A stretch of 38,840 bases of DNA, taken from assembly GCA_020536535.1 (NCBI GenBank), contig JAHLWZ010000025.1, positions 1 through 38,840 of the forward strand. The letters are read 5' to 3'. A program made the position numbers and the translations under genes. This stretch comes from Pelomyxa schiedti (Eukaryota; Protista; Evosea). The stretch's first letter is position 1; each line of letters starts with the position of its first letter. The notes below the pieces were generated by a model that was given only the letters and a program-made list of their open reading frames with translations, did not search any database and had not been told where the DNA came from. Shown here piece after piece: positions 24,007 through 35,529 of the stretch.

Positions 24007-25672
24007 TTACTCAGTGTCGCTGCTGGAACCAGAGAGAGGCATGGTTTCACAAGTGGGCCTTTTTTCTTCTGATGAGGAGGAGGAAAGTAAGTCTTCCTGG
24101 TCCTGTCCATCATCATGATCATGGCCACTGGTTGCAGGAGGGTTGCTGTTTCCTTTTTGAGGGGTGCAATTCCCTCTACCAGAGGAGGAATAGTCCTCCT
24201 CCCCATCAGAAAGTGATACACTGTCATGATCAGGGTCACTTTTGGCTGTGATTGGGGAAGCTGGATTTGTTGATGCTGCGGGTTGTTGCTGGGGTTGGAA
24301 TGTAGGTGAGGATGGCGATTGTGGGTGACGGTCTAGTGGAGTCTGTTGTTGTTCTTCTTCTTGGTGAATGGTGCTATTTTGGCTATCATCAGTGTGGCAT
24401 GGGGGTGATTGTTTCTGTTTTTCGGGTGTTGATTGCAGTTGCGGTTTTGAAAGTGGTACTTGGTTGTCTTCTGCTGCCTGTGACTCTTTGGGTGTGCCTG
24501 GTTTTGAGGCAGATTTTACTGGGGAAGTAACAGGAACCTGTATGGCATGTTTAGCTCAACTCAAAGAGTGTTAAATTTAATAGAGTACCGGTGGCTTGAC
24601 AGTGAATTTTGCGGGTGATGGTTTTGGTGGTACACTAGTTCTACTGGGAGGTCTTTTACTGTTTCCTGCGGTAAGTTAATAAATGTTAAGTGTTAAGTTC
24701 CTACTATTGTTACTGGCAGATATAGTGGGCCGGCTGGAGCCAGAGGCAGATAATGGCTTTTTGGTGGAAAAAGATGTTGGATGACTAGGAGTGGAAGGTG
24801 GCCTTTTGGTGAGCGGGTTTAAGCCGGTGGGTTTAGGTGGGTGTTGTGGAGATGCTGGCGTTTTTGCAACAAGTTTTTTTGCTACAAAGGATGGTGCTGG
24901 AATTCCGCTCTGTGGACCTGGAACTTTGGTATTTCCGGGTTTATTTGGTGTTTTCCTCGGCGGAATCTTGCTGCTATCATTACTCTGTGGCTGTGTGACA
25001 GTGGGTGGTTTTTTGTGAAGTTGGTATGGAGGCTTGTGTGTAAGTGGAGTTGTAGGTTTGTTGGTTGAATTAGATTTTGGGGTGGATTGAGATACCGGCC
25101 TTTTGGGTACAGGGAGATTTGTTGAAGGTTGTGTGGGTAATGGGAGTTTTGTGCCCAATGTATTGTTGGTGGAGTTAATTTGTTGGTGGGGGGCATTTAC
25201 AACAGGTGAGAGGTACGAAGTCGAAGGACTCTTGGATATTGGCGAAGCAGGTCTTCTGTAAGCCGGACCTGCTGATTTTGGACGTGGAATATCATCTCTT
25301 CCTCTATTGAAAGAGCTCTATGGAGTCATTCAGAAAATAACCGGTTAGGAAGGATACACACCTTGGCAACAATCAATTGTTTCTCCAGATTTTGTTTGAC
25401 GGCTTTCAAATCAGTAATTTGCGTGTTGAGTGAACTTATTTCGAGATTTTTTCCTTGTAGTTGTTTTTCAAGGTGAAAGTTCTACATAAACTAATGTCAT
25501 GAACCCGAATGTGGTATATATGTTGGTAAGGGAATAGGACACCTTTTCTTCAGAGAGAGATAGTGACTTTCTGAGTTTCGCCAACTCTCCTGATAGTTTC
25601 TAACCGTGGAATTAACAAAAGGAAGAATAAGGATACAACCTTCAGCTCTATTGATTCACTGTTACTTTGCAT
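24007..25672 (-). CDS. Hypothetical coiled-coil + Pro/Ser-rich protein (copy 2, complete)
   Basis: ATG at 25672, five GT-AG introns, ends ...SSSDTE* (TAA at 24007-24009). Confidence 0.72.
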
Positions 25673-25873
25673 CGCACGTCTAGTCCAAATAAGCGAAAAA
25701 AACAAAAAAAAAACATAGAACAGTTTGGTTCACAAGAAAAATATACAAGGGAAAACCACGGGTTATTAGAGAGTAGTTAGAGAGGTTACCGGCAAGCGAA
25801 ACGGTGTTTTATTGTTATTTAGATGATTTTAGATTTAGGGGAAAATCACTTTGGTTTTTTGTCTTTATTGGAT

Positions 25874-28800
25874 TCAAATGGCCTTGAAGTGATGCACGAG
25901 GGTGTTCTGTTGTGCCTCGAATTGTATTGTAGTGGGGGTGCCGTTGGCTGTGTGTATAAGTGGCTTGTTGGTGTTCCCTAGGGCCGCAAAGAATTCCACG
26001 GATTTGGTTTCTCCTATTTTGGGGTTAGATTTTGCTTGGTTGCTTGTGAGTGGTGTTGGGATCGGTTGTGATATTGGTGTGTTTTTCGCGGGTGTCTGTG
26101 TTGTGTTTTGTTGTGGTTTTTATTTTTTTTCCCGGTATGTTTGGGAGTTGGAATTGTTGGAAAACCTGGTTCTAGGTGCACGCGATCAAATCCAAACAGC
26201 TGCTTGATGGCACCGGCTGCTGCGTTTTCAGTAACATATGCCAGAACAACCTCATCTCCAGCAAGAGTTCCGGTATTTGTTACATTAACTCTGAGCAAGC
26301 GTGAGCAATGTGTGAAAAAAAGGTGTCAGTTTGTTAACCTGTAGTAAGTAGTCTGCAGAGTATTCACAACTTCCGGGAGGCTTGCTTGAGGGTCATACCA
26401 AGTCAGACTGAAGTTGGTGTATGACAACCCCCAACCAAATGGCCAAAGAGGTGTCCCTGTATAGTACCTGGAATTTGGTCAGAGAAATCCAATCCGAGAA
26501 AGAAAGACCTATATGTCCTGCCAGGGGTGACAGACATTCCCATCTCTGATTGGTGCCGGTTAATTACAATTTGAATCTGGACGAATAACCTGTGAGGGGA
26601 ATCTGATTGACATAATCGGAGGGATACACTGTGTAAGGCATCTTCCCGCCAGGGTTGTAGTCGCCAAAGAGCTGATGAAGTGAGTAAAAAAGGGAAAAGG
26701 CTTTGATTCAGACCACGTCCGCAACAGCCTGAGCTTCACTCTGACCGGAGTAGAAGGCTTCAAGAATTCCAGGTACGTTTGCTTTAATCCACTCTGTGCG
26801 ACTGTGAGACTGAAGTCTACCAACATTGTAGACTCACCAATTGAAAGAGCTCCGCCATTCACTAAAACAACAATAATAGGAGTGCCTGTGGCATATACTG
26901 TCTCGACTAAACTTTCTTGCACACCGGGGAGGCTTGTTGTATAGCGATCAAGACCCTCCGACTATTGAGAGTTAAAAGAAGAGACAACACAAAAAAGCCT
27001 TGCCTCTATGGAATTATCAATTCCCATCACCAAAACAGCAACATCTGCTGATTTAGCAGCATTAACAGCTGCCTGGAATCCGGAGGTATCTTTGGGTGAT
27101 ATAAGTTATGAAAAGATAGTTATCTTTCCCTCACCCTGACTGTTGATATCACAGCCTTTGGCATACACGGCCTAAAAAGCAGTTACTTTTGTTGTTGAGG
27201 AAAACGCATACTGATGCCGCTTTGGATTGAATTGCGCTGAAAATTGACTGCATACACGAGTAGGATCCATCATGACAGCGTTGCCCATAATAATTGCTGT
27301 TAGAGGGTCAGAGAGTGTTATTTTAGATGTCTGTACCCGAGGTATGTTGAAGGGGCATTTGCATTAGGGCCTGGTTTCTATGAGAAACAGTACTTAAATG
27401 TTGGTGTTACCAATGACAGCAACTGAGACGTCCTTTGATAACGGAAGAATACCGTTATTCTGCAGGAGCACCATACTCTCACGTGCAATCTTAGAACATT
27501 ATTTAGCTAACGAGAGACAGACTATGACAATACTTGTAGAGCCAATTGCTGGTGATATGCGCTATCTACAAGTTCGGGGCCATAACCTGTGTAAACTTGG
27601 ATATCATCAGGATCAAACTTATTTGAGTTAACAAGGCAATTCGATGGTCCTTCAGATCAACCATTCCGAGTTCAAATCTTTGAGTGAAGAGCCGCTTGAT
27701 GGCTAGATTGATATCATCCTCTTTTTCAGGTAAGGGAAAAGAATACGAACGGCAACGAAGTCAACCTGATAGTTTCCCTTCATCAACAGTACTTGGTAGG
27801 TACGAATAAAAGGTTCCACAGTCCAAATCAGTTCCCGCTTTTACAGCTACAGCACATGTGTCCTCCGGTGTATCCGTATAATGACTATGAGAATTGAGAA
27901 TCACGCAATAAAACGTTGAAGTACGTCTACTGGTTATTGTATATGCATGACACAGCATCGCAGTCACTTGTAATATATCCCGTGAACCCCCACTGATCCC
28001 GTAGCATAATCTGTGAAGGGTAAGGGTTGGTCAATTCGACTTCGTAAAAAACCTGGAGGAGCTCCTCAGAGGCACAACAGGGGATACCGTTCACGGCATT
28101 GTACGCGCACATTATCGATCTCGCTCTACCTTCACGAACACAAGCCTAGAGCAGGTTAATATTCAATTCCGACTAGATGAAGGAAACCTCGAAAGCCGGA
28201 AGATAAGAATATTCCAAGTCTGTATCAGAAATCTTAGCATCGAAACTGTAACGATCATATCCATTCCTGAAGGAGGTAAAATATAAAACTTTCTTTGGTT
28301 CTGCAACCAGGATTCTAGAGAGTTCCCAGCATAGTGCTTGCACGTGGCCACAGTCTTGGCATATCTGGTATCTTCACCCTCCTGCATTCCACGGATGTAA
28401 TTGATGGCATACTGAGACTGGAGATAAGGATCTTCACTGGGAGACTAAAACTGTGAGACATAACTGAGACAGAAGGGTAAGAACTACCTCCTGGTTTCTG
28501 CCCCAACGTGGATCGCGGATGAGGCTGTGGAGAGAAAAATCTTGTGATTAAAATAACATCAAATTTCAAAAAGGAGACTTGATGTTTGGTCCCCAATAGT
28601 CAAGTCCGCCAATTCCCTACGCCAGTGAGAATGTAGGAGCAGAAAAAGTGTTTATACCTCGTTGTGCAAAGACCGTCCCTCCGTTGAAACGGCCTGCATC
28701 ATTTCAAGGATACCACTCATATTGAACGTAGCCCCTTGATGAGGAGTTGGAAGGTATTTAGCAAACAAAAGGACTACCTAGAGCAGGGCCTTCAGGGAAG

Positions 28801-29990
28801 CTAGTTGGACAATTGGTTCCGCAGCTCGTTAGAATTCCGTGTAGGCACTCAGTCCACCTGCATAGTTGTTGGTATTCAAGCAGGCGATGAGGGCAATTAC
28901 CAGTCATAGGCTGGGATTCCCAGGTGACTAATTGGTGGGGCAGAATTAACCATTTGACCCATTTTTTCTTCAAGTGTCTGTGCTGGGTTAGCAATGCCCT
29001 TAAAGCATCTTTCTCACCATTCGGCTTATGAGATCATCCACCCGCTGCCCAACGGGAAGATAAGGATTGCAGTAGGTGTAAGTATTGAGGGGTGCATCTT
29101 GACATGTTGGAACGGGTTCCATTCCAACTCTCAAACACAATCCGCTCCATTTGCTGATAAAGAAGTTATTTGTTGCATCGTAGTGCCACTGCAAAGGTTT
29201 TAATGCCGTGTAGGAGTGGACATCTTGTAACCAATTGGTTGTCTTGACCATTATAGGTCCATTGCCAGACAAGAGAACCATCAGATGCTCCCCAGTTCGA
29301 TATATCAACACATTTGCCATCCATCTAAACCGAATTACACAAAATATTGTCTGAAAAAACAAACCTTGCTTAAGATAGGAGCCCACTCAGAAGTAGTATC
29401 AAATGTCCACTGCTGATTCTCTGGCCTGTGCGTGATTACAATGTCACTCTCAAAGGGGAAAAAGTGTACTGAGAATCTGGGTGGCACGTATATATCCACT
29501 GAGTTTTCAGTTACTGAAGTACATTTTTTATTTTATTTTTAACATACAATTGTAGCACCGTCAGATGTGGACCATGCCTCAATATCTAGGCACTTGTCAT
29601 CTGCCTACAGAACATAAGTGATTTAGAATTTAGTACTAATACTCCCAAAGTGGAAATGACCTTGCTCCTGATGTTAAATGAACCGTCGTCCGCAATATAG
29701 AACTTCTGTTGCACATCACTGGAGTTGCATTCGAATGCTGTGGACATAAGAGAGTCAGCCAAAAACACAATATTCTTCGATTGCCAACAAAATGAAAAGA
29801 AACTACACCATACAAATAAACGGTATAACTTAGTTAATACATTAATGTTAGCAAACAACGAAAACACACTGTAAATAAGTGTGCCGTCAGAACTACGAGG
29901 TACCCATTTCTTCCCACGGGCCTCAACACCCACAATTACTATCAGCGACAACAGTAACGCAACAACAAAAGACTCTCGACGTCCCGGCAT
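25874..29990 (-). CDS. Secreted ricin-B lectin (CBM13-like) + GH3 beta-xylosidase/arabinofuranosidase-type glycosidase
   Basis: Signal peptide MPGRRESFVVALLLSLIVIVGVEA; QxW/CLD repeats (KCLDIEAW, NQQWTFD, KCVDIS, LQWHYD, GLCL); RVDDLISRM|TLEEK, WTECLHG, RDPRWGRNQE, CKHY, IMCAYNAVNGIP, GYITSDC (nucleophile), IE|SEGLDR; stop at 25874. Confidence 0.93.
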
Positions 29991-30231
29991 TCCCCGCTCG
30001 TTGTGCCTCTTCACTCCCGTAGCGGTTTTTTTTTTTGGCTTTAGTTGAATGGAGCCTCGATCGTGCAGCTAGTCGCAATCTGGATGACTCCCACTATTGC
30101 GAGCGAACGGCGTGCCTGCGCGTGTTATTCCTCCATGTGAATCCCGAGAATTTCTTCGGAACAGAATGTCTCATTTAATGAAACACCGCTTCAGGAACCA
30201 AACGAAACCAACACGAATTCGAGACGATACG

Positions 30232-31617
30232 ATGGCGTCTACGTCCGGGACGAGTGGTGCAGCTGTCGTTGTTGACGTTCCCCAGTGGTTGTCGGCATGC
30301 AGCGGGGGCGATGGTTGTGAAGGGATTGTGGGAGCGGGCACGGTTTCCGGGACGTTGGTGTACAACTCAGTTGTGTGCACCACTGCAATTGCAATAGATA
30401 TAAGACCCAGAACTGGTTCGATTGTTTTTATTTTTTTATTTTTTATTTTCCGTTGCGTTATTGTGCACAATAATTTTGGGTGTTGACGTTTATGTTTTCT
30501 TTTTTGCAGAATTTTGGAAGGGCCATATTTGTGCTTCTTTGTGTGTTCCTTTGGGGGAGCTGCCTGATGGTCCAATAACACATGATGACCTGTCACGCGT
30601 TGCTAAAAAGTATCCCATCATTTGTTTCTATTTGTGTTTGTTGTGATAAATACATTGCAGGAGGCCTGCTCTTTCTTCTTTGGTTCGGCGTGGCATTATT
30701 ATTATTGGTGATGCTCCAACTTTGTCCACAGAACACCTTTCTAGGCTCAAATTCCTTCTGGAATATCTGACTCAGCATCCAAGTGTAACTGGGATCAAAT
30801 TTGCCAAAGGTAAGGTTAAGTAATCCTTCAGAACTATTCTAATTTACTTGAAGATGGGTTTCTACAGTTGGCTACGCAGTACCCTTCCATTTGTAAACCC
30901 ACACCGAAGAGCGAAATTCCATCAGAATCCTTACCACTAGAGCCTCTGCACCTCAATTTCATCGATGTCCGGATTTCCAATCTGCCATGTGAGATCATAC
31001 CCGGTTCAAAAGCCCTCTAAGTTGTGCTAGAAAATGCTATATCAACACCTACCATAGGATTTTTATTCTTGGGTGGATGCGATGCTGTATCCAAGTGAGT
31101 TTACATTCGTTTCCTTTTACCGGAGATTCATTGGCCTTAAGGGACATTCTGAATTCTCTTGGAATAACACATGTTGTAAACATGTGTGCGGAACTTACAG
31201 TTCCACTTCAACAATTCCCAACAACGAAATTCTTGCATTGTCCTATTGACGACTTTGCCGATAGCCCTCTAGAGCCGAGCTTGAGCAAATCACTTGAATT
31301 TATTGGTGAGTTTCCCACCAATAACCAAAATAACTAACAAATTAACCTACTTCCAGATTCCGCTTTTGCAGAGGGGAAGAAAGTACTTGTCCACTGTGCA
31401 ATGGGAATCAGCAGATCATCATCTGTTGTAATCGGGTATCTCATTCACCACAGCAGAATGACTTTTGATGCAGCACATGCACACGTAAAACAGTGCCGGC
31501 CATTTATTCAACCCAATCCCGGTAATTACAAAACACCTTGCATTGCAAACAAATGACTTTTGAACAGGCTTTGTAAAGCAATTGATAAAATTCCAGGCCT
31601 CACTTGGTATATCTTAA
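30232..31617 (+). CDS. MAP kinase phosphatase-type dual-specificity phosphatase (rhodanese + DSP)
   Basis: IDIRPRT|EFWKGHICAS and GFLQLATQYP (rhodanese); LGITHVVNM, PIDD, VLVHCAMGISRS (HCX5R), RPFIQPNP|GFVKQL. Confidence 0.92.
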
Positions 31618-31692
31618 AAACCCATTTCTAGAAAGAGAAAAATAATGCTTTTTTTTTTTCCCATTCGGCCCAACATATGTAGTTACCACCTC

Positions 31693-32840
31693 CTAAATAT
31701 CATGGTCTTGTTGTCCCCGCTCTGACAGTGACAGGCTCCTTTCTGTTTCCCTGGCCATTTCGACATCTGAATCAGAATCAGTATCTAAGCTATTGCTCCT
31801 GCTTGGGCTTCTACTTCTACACCTGTCTTCAGGTTGGAAATGGTGCTGAGTGCTTTGTATGGTAATAGAATATGAGAGTAAAGAAAGAGTAATTCCCCAG
31901 GCTACCTGCCAAATAGCTCATGTTGGAAGTACCTACTACTACGCTTGAGATGCAAAAAGCCGCAAAAGGCTCCTCGGGAGCACTGTCCAATCTCAAACTG
32001 ACGGCAAATGGCCTTCAAAAAAATTAGAAACCGACGTGCACATGAAATCGCATGCTAACCTCGCGGAAGTCAATAACGGGAGAGAACTCGGCCACAACTG
32101 GCCTTCCTGTATCAAATCATTAAATATTGTGTTGTAAACTACATAATGGGATAATACCAGCATAAAAGCGTCCATTTATAGCGCCAAGAGCCTTGCATGC
32201 TGCTTCCTCTTGCCTATACTTAACATAAACATTTCCAGCCAAGTGATCACCGTGGTTCTCACAGACAACGAGGTCCTCAACTTCTCCAAACTTGGTAAGC
32301 TCATTGTACACATCCTGGATGTTATAAGAAGAAGGCATATAATAAAACAAAACCGCACCTCATAGAAGTTCTCAAACGAGGCCTGCAGTATACTTGGATT
32401 CACTAGAGCGGCTTCCTCCGGTGAAAGACCTGCAATAGGGTTCAGATACCTTCAATAATAATAGGTAAGTTCCGCCAAAAAGGAGGATATCTTCTACATG
32501 TGGGAAAGCAATAGGGTCTGAGAAATGGTTGGACGACTGTGAATGCGTGAACATTTGTCACCGTGCCTGCATGCACCCATTTTGAAGAAGAATGGGCAGT
32601 TCACCCTTGAAGTGTAAAGACAAAATGGGAGTGAAAAAGAAAGTATTAGTGGTGCCATAAAAACCAAAAAAAATGGAGGTGTACTCTCAAAACCTAAATA
32701 GAAAAGAGCAATGAGTTAAATAAATATAGAGATAGGACTGCCAGGTTTCGAGAGGGAAAAAAAAAAAAGGAGGGGAACGCTGAAAAAAGTTGATACTTGG
32801 CCTCTTCCCTCCTGAACACCTGTGATAAGTTAGCTGCCAT
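31693..32840 (-). CDS. U2AF1: Splicing factor U2AF small subunit (U2AF35)
   Basis: K|[36 protein letters not shown]|[42 protein letters not shown]|[21 protein letters not shown], short RS tail. Confidence 0.93.
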
Positions 32841-33132
32841 TACCCGCTATTGGAGTTTTGAAAATAATTTCTTGTCTTCAGGAAAATGAACTGTTGTACT
32901 CCGTGATGGAAAATTCCCCTGTGAGTCTACATCTGTTATCTCTGTGCTTGACAGGACCACCTTGGTGTCTGAACACTTCTTCAGACCTCTTCTTCCTGAG
33001 GGAAAGCCTGGATGACAGCTGAAAAATAATCAACAGACCGGAACGCTATAGCATTGCGTTATCGTCGCTCGACATCGACTGGCTCTGGATCCAAAATTAC
33101 TTACGTCGTATTCAAAAACAAAAGAAAAAGCA

Positions 33133-35526
33133 ATGATGAACCGAAAACCACAACAACAAAACACAACAGACACTTCGACATCGACATCAACTGGGGCAAA
33201 AATTGGTGGTACTTTGGAGGCTGTGTTTGATGCATGCATTCATGATGATGTGGACACAATCGTGTCTCTTTTTGGAAATAGACACAACCCAGCCCAAAGT
33301 CCCCAGCCACATCATCATAATAATCAACAGACTGTGGATGTACAGAGCTGTGCGGTGCGAGTGATATCAGATCATATCACTGACTCATTTTTTGGGCACA
33401 CTACATTTCACGTGGCTTGCAACAATGGGAGTGTGAAAGTTGTTGAGTTTCTTCTGAGCCAGCAATGCCAGGTGAACAAGCTTGATCCAGAAGAGCACAC
33501 TGGCTTGTGGATGGCATGTGCTAACCAGTTCTTGCCTGTTGTGAGCGTTCTGCTCCGGGTACCTGGCATAGATGTGAACACATCAAACCCACTAGCTGTT
33601 GCCTGTGAGAGAGGTAACATTCAGATTGTCAGGTTGTTGTTGGCACACAAGAACATCAAGGTTAACAATGCAGATGCTGATGGAAAAACCCCTCTTTACA
33701 CAGCCGCAAAGAAAGGGCTGACTGAAATTGTTGCTTTACTGCTTAGTATGGGTGGAGAATACATAGAAGAAACGAGTGAAGCTAGTGAGCAACGACAACA
33801 AAGAGCACTTAAACAGTCACCGCAAAGGGAGACAGAGCAGAATCAAAGGGAAATTTCTGATTTGCGTAGGGAATATGAAGAACAAATAGCGAACCTCAAA
33901 GCAGACTTCACTGTGCAGATGGAAACAAAGAAGCATGATAATGACGTTCTTCAGAACGAACTTGAGCAACAAAGAACAGGTACCTACAGTTTTCCTTCAT
34001 TTTTTTGGTTCTAACCTAGCCATAGGAGCCATACAACAAATTGAGGCTTTGAACCAGGAACACCATGAACAAACCACAGGTATCCCGAATTTGATAAATT
34101 ACATCACTGACTCATTCCAGTTCTCAATGAGATGCTTGCTGCTACAAAAATGCAACTGCAACTGAGTCAGTCAAAGCATCTTGAGGAGATATATTCGAAG
34201 TTTGAGAAAAGAAACCTTGGAACCATTGGAATGGATGACCTGGATATCAGCCAGGCAAGATACCTTGGAAAGGGATCCGATGGGTGCGTTTCCAGGGTTC
34301 CAGTACTGGATACCTTTCACATCCCAGGCCAAGGTGAAGAAGTGGCACTCAAGATGCTCTATAACTACTCAGCAGGAAACTCCTCCGTTGCGCTCAAACG
34401 ATGGTTTTCCAGAGAGTACAGAATCAGCATCCAGTTCCCGCACTGGAGCCTGTGCAACACCTACAACTACTTCCACTCCAAAACCCTCCTGAGCCTGGTT
34501 CCGCCAGAAATTCGCCCACAACATGCCATTCTTGATGGCCAACACCACTTCCTTGAAGGCTACAATTCATCTGATGCGGTTCCTCTGTTTTCTCGAACGA
34601 CTTATGTCTCACAAGAGCTTGGGATTGGCGATGCCGCGGTGTTTTTGTCCTACAGGTTGAACGGAATTCCACGTGCACCAATGCAACCAGTACTCACCAG
34701 CAACCCACTCACAGACCAGGGAATCCTGGAGCTTGCGTTCTGCATGCTGTGTGCCTGTACACACCTCAACGGCAACAACTGTTACCACGGTGACATCAAG
34801 CTGAATAACATCCTGGCTGTTCAAAGGCCCAGGCTCCAGGGGTTCCTCTGGGTTCTTAGTGACTTTGGCACTGTAAACGAGTGTGATTCCCAGGGGTTCC
34901 TCCCACCAGATCAAACACTTGATAGCCCTCAATGCATCCGCTCCCCTGAGGTCAATAAGCCACAGTCAGCATCACACACACTGTGCTTGGCCAAGAATGA
35001 TGTGTGGGCAGCTGGCTGTGCGGTGTATGAGCTCATAACGGGAATGCACCCGTTCTACTCCTCTGACGGCAGGTTTGACAGCAATTCCATCACAGACCTC
35101 AGCCTCGGGCCGCAGCAGGTACCCCAATCTCACAGGGATCACATACTGAGCCCACTTGTCGGGTATCTCCTGGAGAGGGACCACCACACCAGGCCCAGTG
35201 CAAAGGAGGCCATGCTGGTGTGTGGAGCCCTAATTTTCCTCCCTGCTGCCAACTGTTCATCGTTCCTGGTTCCCGTGCCCACTCACAAGAGTGTGCAGCA
35301 AGCCATTGAGCTGTATGCAGACACCAAGGGAGTCAGTTCTATTCTGTGGTTTGTTCACAACTCGAATGTGGCCCGCATTTCTGAAGTCGAGCGGACCAGG
35401 GGACAGCAGATAATGACCCGTGAGTTCCTGAGCCTTGTGTTCACTAATGCAGCCCTCTCTGATGTTGACTTCTTCTGTGCCACAATGGTGAAATTCCTGA
35501 AAAGACTCCACAGCCTTTTACCTTGA
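33133..35526 (+). CDS. Ankyrin repeats + coiled coil + Ser/Thr kinase (PINK1-like domain)
   Basis: ANK repeats (GHTTFHVACNNG, NPLAVACERG, GKTPLYTAAKKG); introns ~33980-34026 and ~34080-34120; GKGSDG, VALK, HGDIKLNN, DFG, SPE, DVWAAG. Confidence 0.9.
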
Positions 35527-35529
35527 TAC

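Noticed and set aside
30610-30660. GTATCC donors (also ~34080) as possible U12 introns
   Set aside because: Lack the full GTATCCTT donor and a TCCTTAAC branch site.
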